Source of the DNA: an uncultured Actinomycetes bacterium | GTDB lineage: Bacteria > Actinomycetota > Acidimicrobiia > IMCC26256 > DASPTH01 | DNA length: 64,000 nt | Direction of reading: 5' to 3' | Assembly: GCA_963755855.1 (NCBI GenBank) | Contig: CAVWLR010000007.1 | Location: forward strand, 62,984 to 126,983 | Shown: piece by piece, positions 1 to 10,227 of the stretch | Position numbering within the stretch: the first letter of the stretch is position 1 | Layout of the letters: every line of letters begins with the position of its first letter | The notes under the pieces: model-generated | What the model was told of the DNA's origin: nothing | What the model saw: the letters and a program-made list of their open reading frames with translations, nothing else | Database searches by the model: none | Made by a program: the position numbers and the translations under genes

Positions 1-213
1 CGGCGCGCGTGGCCCGAGCTCATCGCCGACGCGCAGGCGCGGGGCGAGCTCCCCGCCGACCTCGACCCCGAGGACGTCAGCGACATGATGAACGCGCTGA
101 TGATCACCGCGGTCGAGGGCTGGGTGCACAACGCGCACGACTCGCTCGCGCCCGAGCTCGCGTACCGCATGCGCGTGCTGCTCGCCGGCGTGCGCGCCGA
201 GCACGCCGGCTGA
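1..213 (+). CDS. 3-prime fragment of a probable TetR-family regulator (C-terminal helices only)
   Basis: Frame 1 is open from the window edge to TGA 211-213. Translation ...WPELIADAQARGELPADLDPEDVSDMMNALMITAVEGWVHNAHDSLAPELAYRMRVLLAGV has normal composition and high GC3. Family call is by resemblance only. Confidence 0.4.
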   Translation, partial: RRAWPELIADAQARGELPADLDPEDVSDMMNALMITAVEGWVHNAHDSLAPELAYRMRVLLAGVRAEHAG

Positions 214-229
214 ACCGATCGAGGTCGAC

Positions 230-1318
230 GTGCCCCGCCTCCCGCTCGATCCCCGCCACGGCACCCACGAGCCCACCACCGTCGTGCCGCCGCGGGCGCC
301 GGGCTCGGTGCGGCGCACCACGACGCGTCGACATGCTCCGACCCAACGGCGTCGACGCCGAGCTGGTGCTCGTCGGCCGGGGCCGCGACCTGTTCACCGA
401 CGCCGACGGCGAACGCGCACGTGCTCGACACCGCCGAGGTCGAGGCGACCATCGACTTCGTCGACGCGCAGCGGGTCACCGCGATCTCCTCGACTCCCGA
501 GATCCCGAGCCTCGACCAGCTCGTCGGGCGCTCCGCGTCGACCGGCTTCCGGGCCGCCATCGACGTCGCGGTCGCCGGCCACGACGTGGTCGGTCGGCCG
601 GTCTACCAACTGCTCGACGACCTCCCCGTCGCCACGCTGATCTCGGGCTACGCGCCGCAGCACGCGCGGGCGGAGTCGGGCACGTGGGCCGACGAGCAGC
701 AGCGCAAGCCGCTGCAGAAGACCGCGCCGGCCGGGCTCGCGATGCTGCAGCAGGCCGACCTCTGCGCAGGGTGGAAGGCCGGCGGCACGATCATGCAGGG
801 CTTCGCCGAGAACAACCCGCCCGTGGTCACCGGCCCCGCCGCACCGTCGCTGGACGACGGCGACGACCCGTGGGCCTGGCACGAGCTCCCGGGCGAGCTC
901 CCGGTCCACGGCATGCGCCGCCGCCGGCGCATCGACGTGCTGCCCTCGGCCGACGGCACGGGCTCGGCGGGCATGACGGTCTGGCACGTCGACGCCCACT
1001 TCCGCGACTCCTACGTCGACGACGAGGGCGAGACCGTGGTGCACGAGTACACCGTGCTCGGCTCGGTCGACCCCGTCGGGCTCACCGTGCTCGAGGCGAC
1101 GGCGACGCCGCGCGTGCTGCCCGTGGTTCGAGTGCCCCGAGGCCGCGGCCAGCGCCGGGCGCCTCGCCGGACGGTCCCTCGACTCCCTCCGCGCCGGGGT
1201 GCGGGCCGAGTTCCTCGGCGCCAGCACCTGCACCCACCTGAACGACATGCTCCGGGCCCTGGCCGACGTCGCCGTCCTCGGGCGCCGAGTTGTCACGCCC
1301 GTCGCTCGCCTGTCATAA
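230..1318 (+). pseudogene. DUF2889-like protein, frame broken 3 times
   Basis: GTG 230 lies 5 nt after GAGG. Recognisable sequence runs through frames 2>0>1>2 (breaks near 325, 415, 1115) to TAA 1316-1318. The C-terminus ...CPWFECPEAAASAGRL...GASTCTHLNDMLRAL resembles the DUF2889 signature as I remember it. Confidence 0.6.
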
Positions 1319-1363
1319 TCGTACTCAGCCTAACTTTCGCTGCTGTCCCCAAGGAGCTCCGCC

Positions 1364-2566
1364 GTGCCGTCACGCATCCTCGACTATCCGATCTTCGACG
1401 CCGACAACCACATGTACGAGACCCCGGGTGCGCTCACCGACCACCTCGAGGACCCGTACAAGGACGTCATCAAGTACATCGACATCGGCGGTCGCACCAA
1501 GATCACGGTGAAGGGCCAGATCAGCGAGTACATCCCCAACCCCACGTTCAACGTCGTGGCCGCGCCGGGCGCGCAGGAGGAGTACTTCAAGAACGGCAAC
1601 CCCGACGGCAAGTCGCGGCGTGAGATCCTCGGCAAGGCGATCCGTTCGCCCGAGGCGTTCTTCTCGCCCGAGCCGCGCGTCAAGCTCATGGACGAGCTCG
1701 GCATCGACCGCGCCATGATGTGGCCGACGCTCGCCAGCCTGGTCGAGGAGCGGCTGCGCGACGACCCGTACGCCACCGCCGCGGTGATCAAGGCGCTCAA
1801 CCGCTGGATGTACGAGCAGTGGTCGTTCAACTACGAGGACCGCATCTTCGCCACGCCGGTCGTCAACCTCGCGCTGCTCGACAACGCGCTCGAGGAGATC
1901 GACTGGATCATCGAGCACGGCGCCAAGGTGGTCCTGATCCGGCCCGCGCCCGTCACCACGCTCTACGCGACGCGCTCGATGGCGCTGCCCGAGTTCGACC
2001 CGTTCTGGGAGCGCGTCGTCGAGGCCGACCTCGTCGTCGGCATGCACGCGTCCGACAGCGGCTACCAGCGCTACATCAACGAGTGGGAAGGCGTGCCCGG
2101 CGGTGAGATGCTGCCGTTCAAGGACGGCTCCGGCTTCGCCGCGCTGAGCACGATCGGCCACCGCGCCATCGAGGACACCATCGCCGCGGTCATCGGCCAC
2201 GGCCTGCCCACGCGGTTCCCGACCATCAAGATCCTCCCGGTCGAGAACGGCAGCCACTGGGTGCGTCCGTCGATCGAGCACTTCAACCAGGCCTACGAGC
2301 TCCAGCCCCAGCTCTTCGAGGAGCACCCGGTCGACGTGCTGAAGCGCAACGTCTGGATCCACCCGTTCCACGAGGAGGACCCGAAGGGCCTCATCGACCT
2401 CGTGGGCGTCGACCACGTGTGCTTCGGCTCCGACTACCCGCACGCCGAGGGCATGTCCGACCCGATCACCTACGTCGACGACCTCGAGGGACTCGCCGAA
2501 GAGGACAAGGCGAAGATCATGGGCGGCAACCTCGCCGGCCTCATGAACGTCGGCGTGTCCGCCTGA
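1364..2566 (+). CDS. PF04909-type amidohydrolase (amidohydrolase_2 / ACMSD-like family)
   Basis: Intact 400-aa ORF. GTG lies 7 nt after AAGGAG. Metal-ligand-type motifs IFDADNHMYE near the N-terminus and VCFGSDYPHAEG near the C-terminus. Confidence 0.85.
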   Translation: MPSRILDYPIFDADNHMYETPGALTDHLEDPYKDVIKYIDIGGRTKITVKGQISEYIPNPTFNVVAAPGAQEEYFKNGNPDGKSRREILGKAIRSPEAFFSPEPRVKLMDELGIDRAMMWPTLASLVEERLRDDPYATAAVIKALNRWMYEQWSFNYEDRIFATPVVNLALLDNALEEIDWIIEHGAKVVLIRPAPVTTLYATRSMALPEFDPFWERVVEADLVVGMHASDSGYQRYINEWEGVPGGEMLPFKDGSGFAALSTIGHRAIEDTIAAVIGHGLPTRFPTIKILPVENGSHWVRPSIEHFNQAYELQPQLFEEHPVDVLKRNVWIHPFHEEDPKGLIDLVGVDHVCFGSDYPHAEGMSDPITYVDDLEGLAEEDKAKIMGGNLAGLMNVGVSA

Positions 2567-2667
2567 TCATCGAGGCGCGCGTCGCCTGACGCGCTCGGTT
2601 CGTCGAGGACGGAGCGAGGAGGCACCCCCCGTTCGACCCCGGGTAACGTCCGAGGTTCGACCGGGGG

Positions 2668-5231
2668 GTGTCGCGTGTCATGAGCGAGCATGGTGAGACG
2701 GGCAGCCCGCCCAGTGGCGAGCGTGGCCCGAGCGGCCCGGTGCCGAAGGCGCCACGAGCGGACGAGATGAGGGAGAAGGGTCCGCTCGCAGGGCTGCAGG
2801 TCGTCGATCTCTCGACGACGCTCACCAGCGCGACGGTCAGCGGGTTCCTCGCCGACTTCGGCGCCGACGTCGTCGCGGTGGAACCGCCGGGCGGCAGCCC
2901 ACTCCGCGCCGAGCCTGCGTTCCCGTACTGGGGCCGCGGCAAGCGCAGCGTCGTGCTCGACCTGCACGACGCCGACGACGCCGCGGTCGCCCGCTCGGCT
3001 CGCGCTCGGCGCCGACGTGGTGCTCGAGACGTTCCGGCCCGGGGTCGTCGAGCGCTTCGGCCTCGGGTACGACGACCTCGCGCCGCACCAACCCCGGCCT
3101 CGTCTACGCGTCGGTCACCGCCTTCGGGCGCACCGGCGAGCTGGCCGGGGTGAAGGGCTACGAGGGCCTGGTCATGGCCCGCCTCGGCGGGCACGACTCG
3201 ATGGGCGTGATCATCGACCGGCCCGGTCCCGCCTTCTGCGCCGCGCCGTACACCGCGTGGAGCGGAGCGCACACCGCCATCCAGGGCATCCTCGCCGCGC
3301 TGCTCGAGCGCGAGCGCAGCGGTCTCGGGCAGCGGGTCGACACCACGATGGTGCAGGGCTTCGCCGGGCAGGACCCCTGGAACGCGATGCTCGGCCACAT
3401 CGCCCGGCAGTACCCGGAGGCGTTCACGCAGGCGGGCCTCGCCGACGACGGCGCGTCGGTGCCGAACAACTCGCTCTTCTTCCGGCTCCTGGTGGCGCTC
3501 TCCGCCGACGGTCGCTGGTTGCAGTTCTCGCAGACGACGCCGCGCCTGTTCGAGGCGTTCATGCGGGTGCTCGGACTCGACTGGATGTTCGGCGATCCGC
3601 AGTGGAAGACGGTCCCCGACTTCGACGACGTCGAGCCAGCGCACCGACTACTACGAGCGATGCTCGCGGCGGTGCGGTCGAAGACCGCCGCCGAGTGGCA
3701 GGCGGTGTTCGACGACGAACCCGACGTGTGGGCCGAGATCTTCCGTCGGGCAGCGAGCTGCTCGACCACCCGCAGATCGTCCACGACGGCGCCGTCGTGA
3801 CCGTCACGACGACGACCCTCGGCCCCGTGCGCCAGCCGGGCCCGTTCGTGCACCTGGCGACACGCCCGGTGTGCTCGACCGCTCCGCTCCGACGCTCGAC
3901 GAGCACGGCGCCGACGTGCGGGCCGAGGCGGCGACACCACCCGCGCCGGTCGACGCCTCGGCCGCGGCCACGCCGACGCTGACCCCCACCGCTCCCCCAC
4001 TCGCCGGGGTGACCGTGCTCGAGCTCGGCACCTACTTCGCCGCGCCCTACGGCGCGACGCTGCTCACCGACCTCGGCGCGCGCGTCATCAAGATCGAGCA
4101 GCTCGACGGCGATCCGATCCGCAACATCATCCCGTTCCCCGAGGTCGGGCGCGGTGAAGGTGCTGCAGGGCAAGGAGCCCATCGCCGTCGACATCCACAC
4201 CGACGAGGGCCGACCGTCGTGCACGACCTCGTCCGCGCGCGCCGACGCCGTCCTCGTGTCGTTCCGGTCCGGCGTCGTCGAGCGCCTGCGCCTCGATCCC
4301 GCGACGCTGCTCGCGATGAACCCCGACCTCGTGTACCTGACCGCGCCGGGATACGGCGTCGACGGCCCGTGCGGCCACCGCCCCGCGTTCGCGCCGACCA
4401 TCGGCGCCGGCTCCGGGCTCGCGATGCGCAACATCGGCGAGTCGGCACCGCAGGGTCCCGACCTCGACGTCGAGGTGGTGAAGCCGGTCGCGCTGCGCGT
4501 GGCGCAAGCGGCGATGGCGTCGGTCAACGCCGACGGCTTCAGCGCCCTCGGGGTCGCGAGCACGCTCCTGCTCGGGCTCGTCGCGCGCGACCGGGCGCGC
4601 CGGGTCAGGCCATGCAGACGTCGATGCTGCGCACGATGGCGCACGTGCTGGTCGAGGACATGGTCGAGTACGACGCACGACCGACGCGCCGCACGGCGGA
4701 CATCGGGTTGCACGGCCTCTCGGCCCGCTACCGCCTCTACGAGACCGCCGACGGCTGGGTGTTCCTCGCCGCGCCGGCGCCGTCGGAGTGGGACGCACTC
4801 GCCACCGCGCTCGGCGTCGCACGTCGATCTCGCGGATGACGCCCGCTTCGCCGACGAGGACGCGCGCGACGCGCACGACGACGAGCTCGCCGACGTGCTC
4901 GAGGCAGACGTTCCGACGCCAGGGCGCCGACCAGTGGGAGCAGGAGCTGCTCGCCGCCGACGTCGGCTGCCTGCGCGTGCGCCACGGCGCGCCCGACCGC
5001 CAGATCTACGCCGACGGCGGGATGGGCGAGGCCAAGGGTTGGATCACCGAGGTCGAGCACCCCGTCCTCGGCGTCCACCCGCGACTCGCGCCGCTGATCC
5101 AGTTCTCACGCTCGACCACCGAAGCGCGTCCGAGCGCGCTCTGCGGCACGCGCACCGACGCCGTGCTCACCGAGCTCGGCTACGACGCCGCCCGCATCGA
5201 CGCGCTGCGCACCGCCGGCGTCATCCTCTGA
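2668..5231 (+). pseudogene. Fused double family III (CaiB/BaiF) CoA-transferase, frame broken about 8 times
   Basis: Two CoA-transferase modules in one gene: LAGLQVVDLSTTLTSATVSGFLADFGADVVAVEPPGG and LAGVTVLELGTYFAAPYGATLLTDLGARVIKIEQLDG. The sequence must be followed across breaks near 3005, 3085, 3745, 3865, 4150, 4595, 4810 and 4905. Ends ...LRTAGVIL, TGA 5229-5231. Confidence 0.75.
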
Positions 5232-5280
5232 CCCACGCCCCCGACCCACGCCCCTGAGCCACTCCCCTGAGCCATTCACT
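5229..5280. repeat. Four degenerate tandem 13-nt units starting at the CoA-transferase stop codon
   Basis: TGACCCACGCCCC / CGACCCACGCCCC / TGAGCCACTCCCC / TGAGCCATTCACT read directly from the sequence. Neighbouring units match 12/13, 10/13 and 10/13. Confidence 0.8.
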
Positions 5281-5317
5281 GCCGTCCCCCGCCACCCCCG
5301 AAGGAAGCAGACCCGCC

Positions 5318-6569
5318 ATGTCGTACTCCGATCCCGCCGCCTCCCCCACACCCGAGGGCGTCGAGCTGTTCTCGCTCGATCCCGAGGCGAACCGCCACCC
5401 GCAGGAGATGTACCGGGCGCTGCGCGCCGCCGCGCCGGTGCTCGGCCTCGACGGCATGGGCCACGTCCTCACCACCAAGGAAGCGGCGATGGAGGCGTTC
5501 CGCCAGCCCGAGGTGTTCTCCTCGGCGGCGACCGTCGCCACGCTGGCGATGGGCGCGGTGCGTCCGCTCATCCCGCTGCAGATCGATCCGCCCGACCACC
5601 TGAAGTACCGCAAGATCCTCGACCCGCTGTTCGCGCCGCGCAAGATGGCCGCGCTGGAGGCGCCGGTCGCGGCGCTGGTCAACGACCTCATCGACGGCTT
5701 CGTCGAACGGGGCGAGGTCGACTTCGCGCAGGAGTTCTCGGTGCTGATGCCGACGCAGGTGTTCCTCACGCTCCTCGGGCTGCCGCTCGTCGACCTCGAG
5801 CTGTTCCTGACGATGAAGGACGGCATCATCCGACCCGACCACGTGGTGGGCAAGCCCCGCGACGACGCGGAGACCCTCGCCTACCAGGACGAGATCGGGC
5901 AGTCGATCTACGACTACTTCAACCGCGAGCTCGACGAGCGCGAGGTGGACGCGCCGCGACGACCTCCTCAGCGGGTTCCTCGACGCCGAGGTCGACGGCG
6001 TGCGCCTCACGCGTGAGGACATCCTCGACATCTGCTTCCTCTTCTTCATCGCCGGACTCGACACCGTGAGCGCGTCGCTCGACTGCTTCTTCGGCTACTT
6101 GTGCGAGCACCCGGAGCAGCGCGAGCAGCTCGTGGCCGACCCGTCGCTCGTGCCGTCGGCGGTCGAGGAGCTCCTCCGGTGGGAGACCCCGGTGGGCGGC
6201 ATCATGCGCGTCGCTGCCGAGGACACCGAGCTGCTCGGGTGCCCGATCAAGCAGGGCGAGATGGTGAGCATCAGCCTCGGATCGGTCGACACCGACGAGG
6301 CCGCGCTCCCCGACGCCTACGAGGTGCGCTTCGACCGCGAGGTGAACCCGCACAACGCGTTCGGTGGCGGCGTGCACCGCTGCCTCGGCTCGCACCTCGC
6401 CCGCCTCGAGCTGCGGGTGGCCCTGCGCGAGTGGCACCGCCGCATCCCCGAGTACGCGGTGAAGGAGGGCCACGAGCTCGTGTACACGCCCGCCATCCGT
6501 TCGCTCGAGACCTTCCCGATGGTCTTCACCGCCTCCTCCACACCCTCCTCCGCACCGGCGGTCGACTGA
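5318..6569 (+). pseudogene. Cytochrome P450, one frame break near 5950
   Basis: EELLRWETP (ExxR) and heme loop FGGGVHRCLGSHLA. The N-terminal 210 aa sit in the ORF 5318 frame and the rest in the ORF 6000 frame. ATG 5318 follows GAAGGAAG. Confidence 0.85.
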
Positions 6570-7331
6570 GTGGCCCGCCGTCTGTACCTCCACGAGACCG
6601 TCGACGTCGTCGGTCAGGGCCAGTACGAGTACATGGAGCACCTCTGGAAGGACCCGGTGCTGCGGATGCCCGACATGTTCGGCCTGCAGGGGTCGTTCTA
6701 CGTGTGCGCGGCCGGCGGCGGCCGCTGGCCCCAGGTGATCAACATCTGGGACGTCGGCTCGCGGGGCTGGAAGGGCTGGGCGTCGAACGTCGACCGCATG
6801 AACCTGAAGCGGCGCAAGGCGTTCTACGGCGAGTGGTGGGACGAGGCGGCCAAGTGGCGCAGCGGCGGCTTCGACCGCCTGTGCGGCGCGGTGCCGGGGT
6901 GCCCCACCAGCGAGGAGCTCATGGACGCGGGCGTGCGCGGCACGCTGTTCGTGCACGAGGCGCTCACCGTGCGCCCGGGCGCACCGCTCGACTTCCTCGC
7001 CGCCGTCGCCGAGACGCGCGTGCCGCTCATGCGGGAGTACGGCCACGAGGTCACCGGCCTCTACGAGGTGCTGTCGAACCAGCACGAGGTCGTGATGGTG
7101 TGGGCCACCGACATCCCGGCGCAGGTGCGGCTGCGCCAGAACCGCGACGCCGCGCGTGGCCTCGACGACGAGGGCGAGGCCGACGACCGCCTCGTCGCGT
7201 GGGAGCGCACGGCGGCGGAATTCGTGACCGGCGGCGACACGCACATCATGACGCCGCTCCCGCGTACCGTGTACGGGCCTCCCGACTGGGAGGACGCATC
7301 GCTCGAGGACTGGCTGGAGAATCAGGAATGA
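6570..7331 (+). CDS. NIPSNAP-like (dimeric alpha/beta barrel) protein, coupled to the P450
   Basis: Intact 253-aa ORF. Its GTG immediately follows the P450 TGA (TGAGTG). Composition is ordinary. The family call is from remembered similarity to mycobacterial NIPSNAP proteins next to P450s. Confidence 0.55.
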   Translation: MARRLYLHETVDVVGQGQYEYMEHLWKDPVLRMPDMFGLQGSFYVCAAGGGRWPQVINIWDVGSRGWKGWASNVDRMNLKRRKAFYGEWWDEAAKWRSGGFDRLCGAVPGCPTSEELMDAGVRGTLFVHEALTVRPGAPLDFLAAVAETRVPLMREYGHEVTGLYEVLSNQHEVVMVWATDIPAQVRLRQNRDAARGLDDEGEADDRLVAWERTAAEFVTGGDTHIMTPLPRTVYGPPDWEDASLEDWLENQE

Positions 7332-8125
7332 GGACCGAGTTCGAGACCCTGCTGTACCGCGAGGACAACGGCGTCGCGTACGTCACGTTGAACCGTCCCG
7401 AGGTGCAGAACAGCTTCGACTACGTGATGATCGACGAGCTGGCGCAGCTGTGGCAGGAGATGCGCGCGAACGACGCAGTGCGGTGCGTCGTGCTGACCGG
7501 CGCCGGCGACCGGGCGTTCTGCACCGGCAACGATCGGAGCACCATCCCCTTCGACGTGAAGTGGGATCCGTACACCTACGACGACCCGGGGATCTCGATC
7601 GGACCGCGGGTCAACCGCATGTGGAAGCCCGTCATCGCGGCCGTGAACGGCACCGCGGCCGCGGGTGCGTTCTACCTCCTGGGCCAGGTCGACTTCATCA
7701 TCGCCGCCGATCACGCCACGTTCGTCGAACCCCACGTCACCTACGCGATGCCCGCGGTGTACGAGCCCATCGAGGCCCTGGCCAAGATGCCCTTCGGCGA
7801 GGCGATGCGCATGGCGCTCCTCGGAACGCACGAGCGCATGTCGGCGCGCCGCGCCCACGAGATCGGGTTCGTCACCGAGGTCGTCCCGCTCGACGAGCTG
7901 ATGGACGCGGCGACGTGGGCGGCCGAGGCCATCGCGTCACAGCCGCCTGCCGCGATCATGTCGACGTTGCGCACCCTGTGGGCCGCGCGCGACATGTTCC
8001 CGTCGCAGGCCACCGCGCTCGGGAACACGTTCCTGCACCTCGGCATGGACGCCGACAAGGAGAACCTCAAAGAAGGCGAGGAGGCGTTCGCCAACCGCCC
8101 GCGCACCAAGCCGCGCGTTCGGTAG
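7328..8125 (+). CDS. Enoyl-CoA hydratase/isomerase (crotonase fold)
   Basis: ATG 7328 overlaps the upstream stop. Contains VVLTGAGDRAFCTGND and AAVNGTAAAGAF oxyanion-hole segments. It is the tail of ORF 6101..8125. Confidence 0.85.
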   Translation: MRTEFETLLYREDNGVAYVTLNRPEVQNSFDYVMIDELAQLWQEMRANDAVRCVVLTGAGDRAFCTGNDRSTIPFDVKWDPYTYDDPGISIGPRVNRMWKPVIAAVNGTAAAGAFYLLGQVDFIIAADHATFVEPHVTYAMPAVYEPIEALAKMPFGEAMRMALLGTHERMSARRAHEIGFVTEVVPLDELMDAATWAAEAIASQPPAAIMSTLRTLWAARDMFPSQATALGNTFLHLGMDADKENLKEGEEAFANRPRTKPRVR

Positions 8126-8143
8126 GCGTCTGGTCGCTCGGGA

Positions 8144-8947
8144 CTACTGCGCGAGCTGGACCTCGGCCAACAGCTCGTTGACCGCGTCGGCCGACATCAT
8201 CGGCCCGGGCGGGACGATGGTGAGCTCGGGGATGGTGAGCTTCGGGTGCGCCAGCAGCATCGCCACGAACTCGGCGATCGTGCGGCCGAGGTCGTCGGAC
8301 TCCATGTGGTTCTGGTAGATCACGCTCGCGGCCAGCCACTTCGGGAACAGCGCGCCGGCGTGCTCGGCGTCGAAGTCACGCGCGAAGTCGGTGCCGACGG
8401 TGTCGCCCACCGCCATGCACACGAACCGCTTGTCGGGCCGCTCCATGCGCCACGACCGGATGGTCCGATCGAGCGCGGCCTTGCTCGCCCCGTAGGAGGC
8501 GAGCCCGTGGTGACCGCCGCCCACGGTGATCGACGACAGGAAGATGATCGGGCCGTTCTCGGGGATGTGGTCGAGCGCGGCCTGCGCCACCAGCGCGGGA
8601 GCGATGGCGTTGGTCGCGATGACGTCCTGCCAGGTCTCCGCGGTCACCTCGTCGAGCGGGGCGAGCGGCGACACCGCGGTGGAGAACACCAACGCGTCGA
8701 GGCCGCCCATGGCGTCGACCGCTTCGGCGACCAGACCCGAGCAGCGTTCGGGGTCGCGCACGTCGGCGGCGATGCCGGTGCCCTTCCCGGCCGTGGTGAC
8801 GACCTCTTCGAGCTTGTCCTCGCTGCGCCCCACCACCGTGATGTCGGCGCCGGCCGCGGCCGCCGCCAGCGCGGTGCTGCGCCCGATCCCCGACGAGCCG
8901 CCGACGATCAGCAGCTTGCGACCACTCAGGTCGATGTCGACGCTCAT
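8144..8947 (-). CDS. Short-chain dehydrogenase/reductase
   Basis: MSVDIDLSGRKLLIVGGSSGIGRS (TGxxxGxG-type) and YGASKAAL (YxxxK). ATG at 8947. Confidence 0.85.
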   Translation of the reverse strand: MSVDIDLSGRKLLIVGGSSGIGRSTALAAAAAGADITVVGRSEDKLEEVVTTAGKGTGIAADVRDPERCSGLVAEAVDAMGGLDALVFSTAVSPLAPLDEVTAETWQDVIATNAIAPALVAQAALDHIPENGPIIFLSSITVGGGHHGLASYGASKAALDRTIRSWRMERPDKRFVCMAVGDTVGTDFARDFDAEHAGALFPKWLAASVIYQNHMESDDLGRTIAEFVAMLLAHPKLTIPELTIVPPGPMMSADAVNELLAEVQLAQ

Positions 8948-8963
8948 CGCTCCCCCGCCCCGC

Positions 8964-10133
8964 TCAGACGACTTCGACGACGAGCGCCGAGCCCATGCCA
9001 CCACCCGCGCACATGGCGAGGAGACCGTGGGTCTTCCCACGACGGCGCAGCTCGTGCACCATCGTGACGACCATGCGCGCGCCGGTGGCCGCGATCGGGT
9101 GACCGAGGCTGCAGCCGCTGCCGTTCACGTTGAGGATGGTCGGGTCGATGCCGAGCGTGCGGACCGCCGCCACCGGCACCGAGCAGAACGCCTCGTTGAT
9201 CTCGATGAGGTCGATGTCGTCGAGCGTGAGCCCGGCGCGCTCGAGCGCCTTCGGGATGGCGAGCGTCGGGCCCATGCCGGTGCGGGCGGGCTCGACGCCG
9301 GCGTTCGCCCACGACACGATGCGACCGAGCGTGCGCAGCCCGTGCGCCTCGGCGTACTCGTCGCTCGAGAGCACCAGCGCGGCGGCGGCGTCGTTGATGC
9401 CCGACGCGTTGCCGGCGGTGACGGTCGGCGAGTCGAGCTCGGGGTGGATGGGCTTGAGCTCACCCAGCGTCTCCACGGTCACGCCGCGGCGCGGGTGCTC
9501 GTCGACGCTGAACGTGCGCTCCGTGCCCTCGCGATCGGTGTACTCGACCGGCACGATCTCTTCCTCGAACGCACCCGAGTCGATCGAGGCGATCGCCTGC
9601 GCCTGGCTGTACGCCGCCCACTCGTCGGAGTCGCGGCGGGTGATGCCCACCTCGCGTGCGGTGTTCTCGCCCACCGTGATCGACATGTCGAACGCGGGCG
9701 CATCGGGGGTCTCGGGGTGGCTGGGCGACATCCACATCATCGGCTCACCGCCGGGCTGCGCCATCCACGACTGCGGCGCCGAGCTCGAGCTCTGCGTGCC
9801 GCCGGCCACGACCACCTTGTCCATGCCGGCCCGGATGCTGCCCGCGGCGAGCTGCAGTGCGCTGAGACCCGACGCGCAGTGCCGGTTGTCGGCGATGCCG
9901 GGCGCGTTGGTGAGCCCGAGGACCACGGCAGTGTGGCGGGCGATGTCGCCGCCGCCGTAGAGCGACTCACCGAGGACGATGTCGTCGATGTCGGTGGTGT
10001 CGATGCCCGACCGCGACACCGCTTCGCCGACCGCGATCTCGGCCAGGCGGAACGCGTCGACGTCGACGAGCGAGCCCTTGCGGGCCCGGCCGATCGGGGT
10101 ACGGGCGGCGGAAACGATGACGGCTTCGGTCAC
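8964..10133 (-). CDS. Acetyl-CoA acyltransferase (degradative thiolase)
   Basis: GTG 10133 lies after GAGGAG. Active-site segments NRHCASGLSAL, NGSGCSLGHPIAATG and AMCAGGGMGSALVVEVV. Confidence 0.9.
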   Translation of the reverse strand: MTEAVIVSAARTPIGRARKGSLVDVDAFRLAEIAVGEAVSRSGIDTTDIDDIVLGESLYGGGDIARHTAVVLGLTNAPGIADNRHCASGLSALQLAAGSIRAGMDKVVVAGGTQSSSSAPQSWMAQPGGEPMMWMSPSHPETPDAPAFDMSITVGENTAREVGITRRDSDEWAAYSQAQAIASIDSGAFEEEIVPVEYTDREGTERTFSVDEHPRRGVTVETLGELKPIHPELDSPTVTAGNASGINDAAAALVLSSDEYAEAHGLRTLGRIVSWANAGVEPARTGMGPTLAIPKALERAGLTLDDIDLIEINEAFCSVPVAAVRTLGIDPTILNVNGSGCSLGHPIAATGARMVVTMVHELRRRGKTHGLLAMCAGGGMGSALVVEVV

Positions 10134-10227
10134 GTTGGCTCCTCGAGTGCGCGTTCGGGGTGACCGGCCACTGTAACGCCGGACACCCGATCGCACCCCA
10201 GGGGCAGGCCGCCCGGGCCGGAGTCGC

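Noticed and set aside
9-1241. 410-aa ORF (plus similar long ORFs such as 394..1296 minus)
   Set aside because: Extremely Arg/Ala/Pro/Gly-rich with no recognisable domain. It overlaps the frames that carry the DUF2889-like sequence. This is the typical open shadow frame of high-GC DNA.
5919-7244. 441-aa minus-strand ORF antisense to the P450 and NIPSNAP-like genes
   Set aside because: Arg/Ala/His/Glu-rich low-information translation. The plus strand carries clear P450 motifs at the same positions.
8526-10163. 545-aa plus-strand ORF
   Set aside because: Antisense shadow of the thiolase and SDR genes, both of which have unambiguous active-site motifs on the minus strand.
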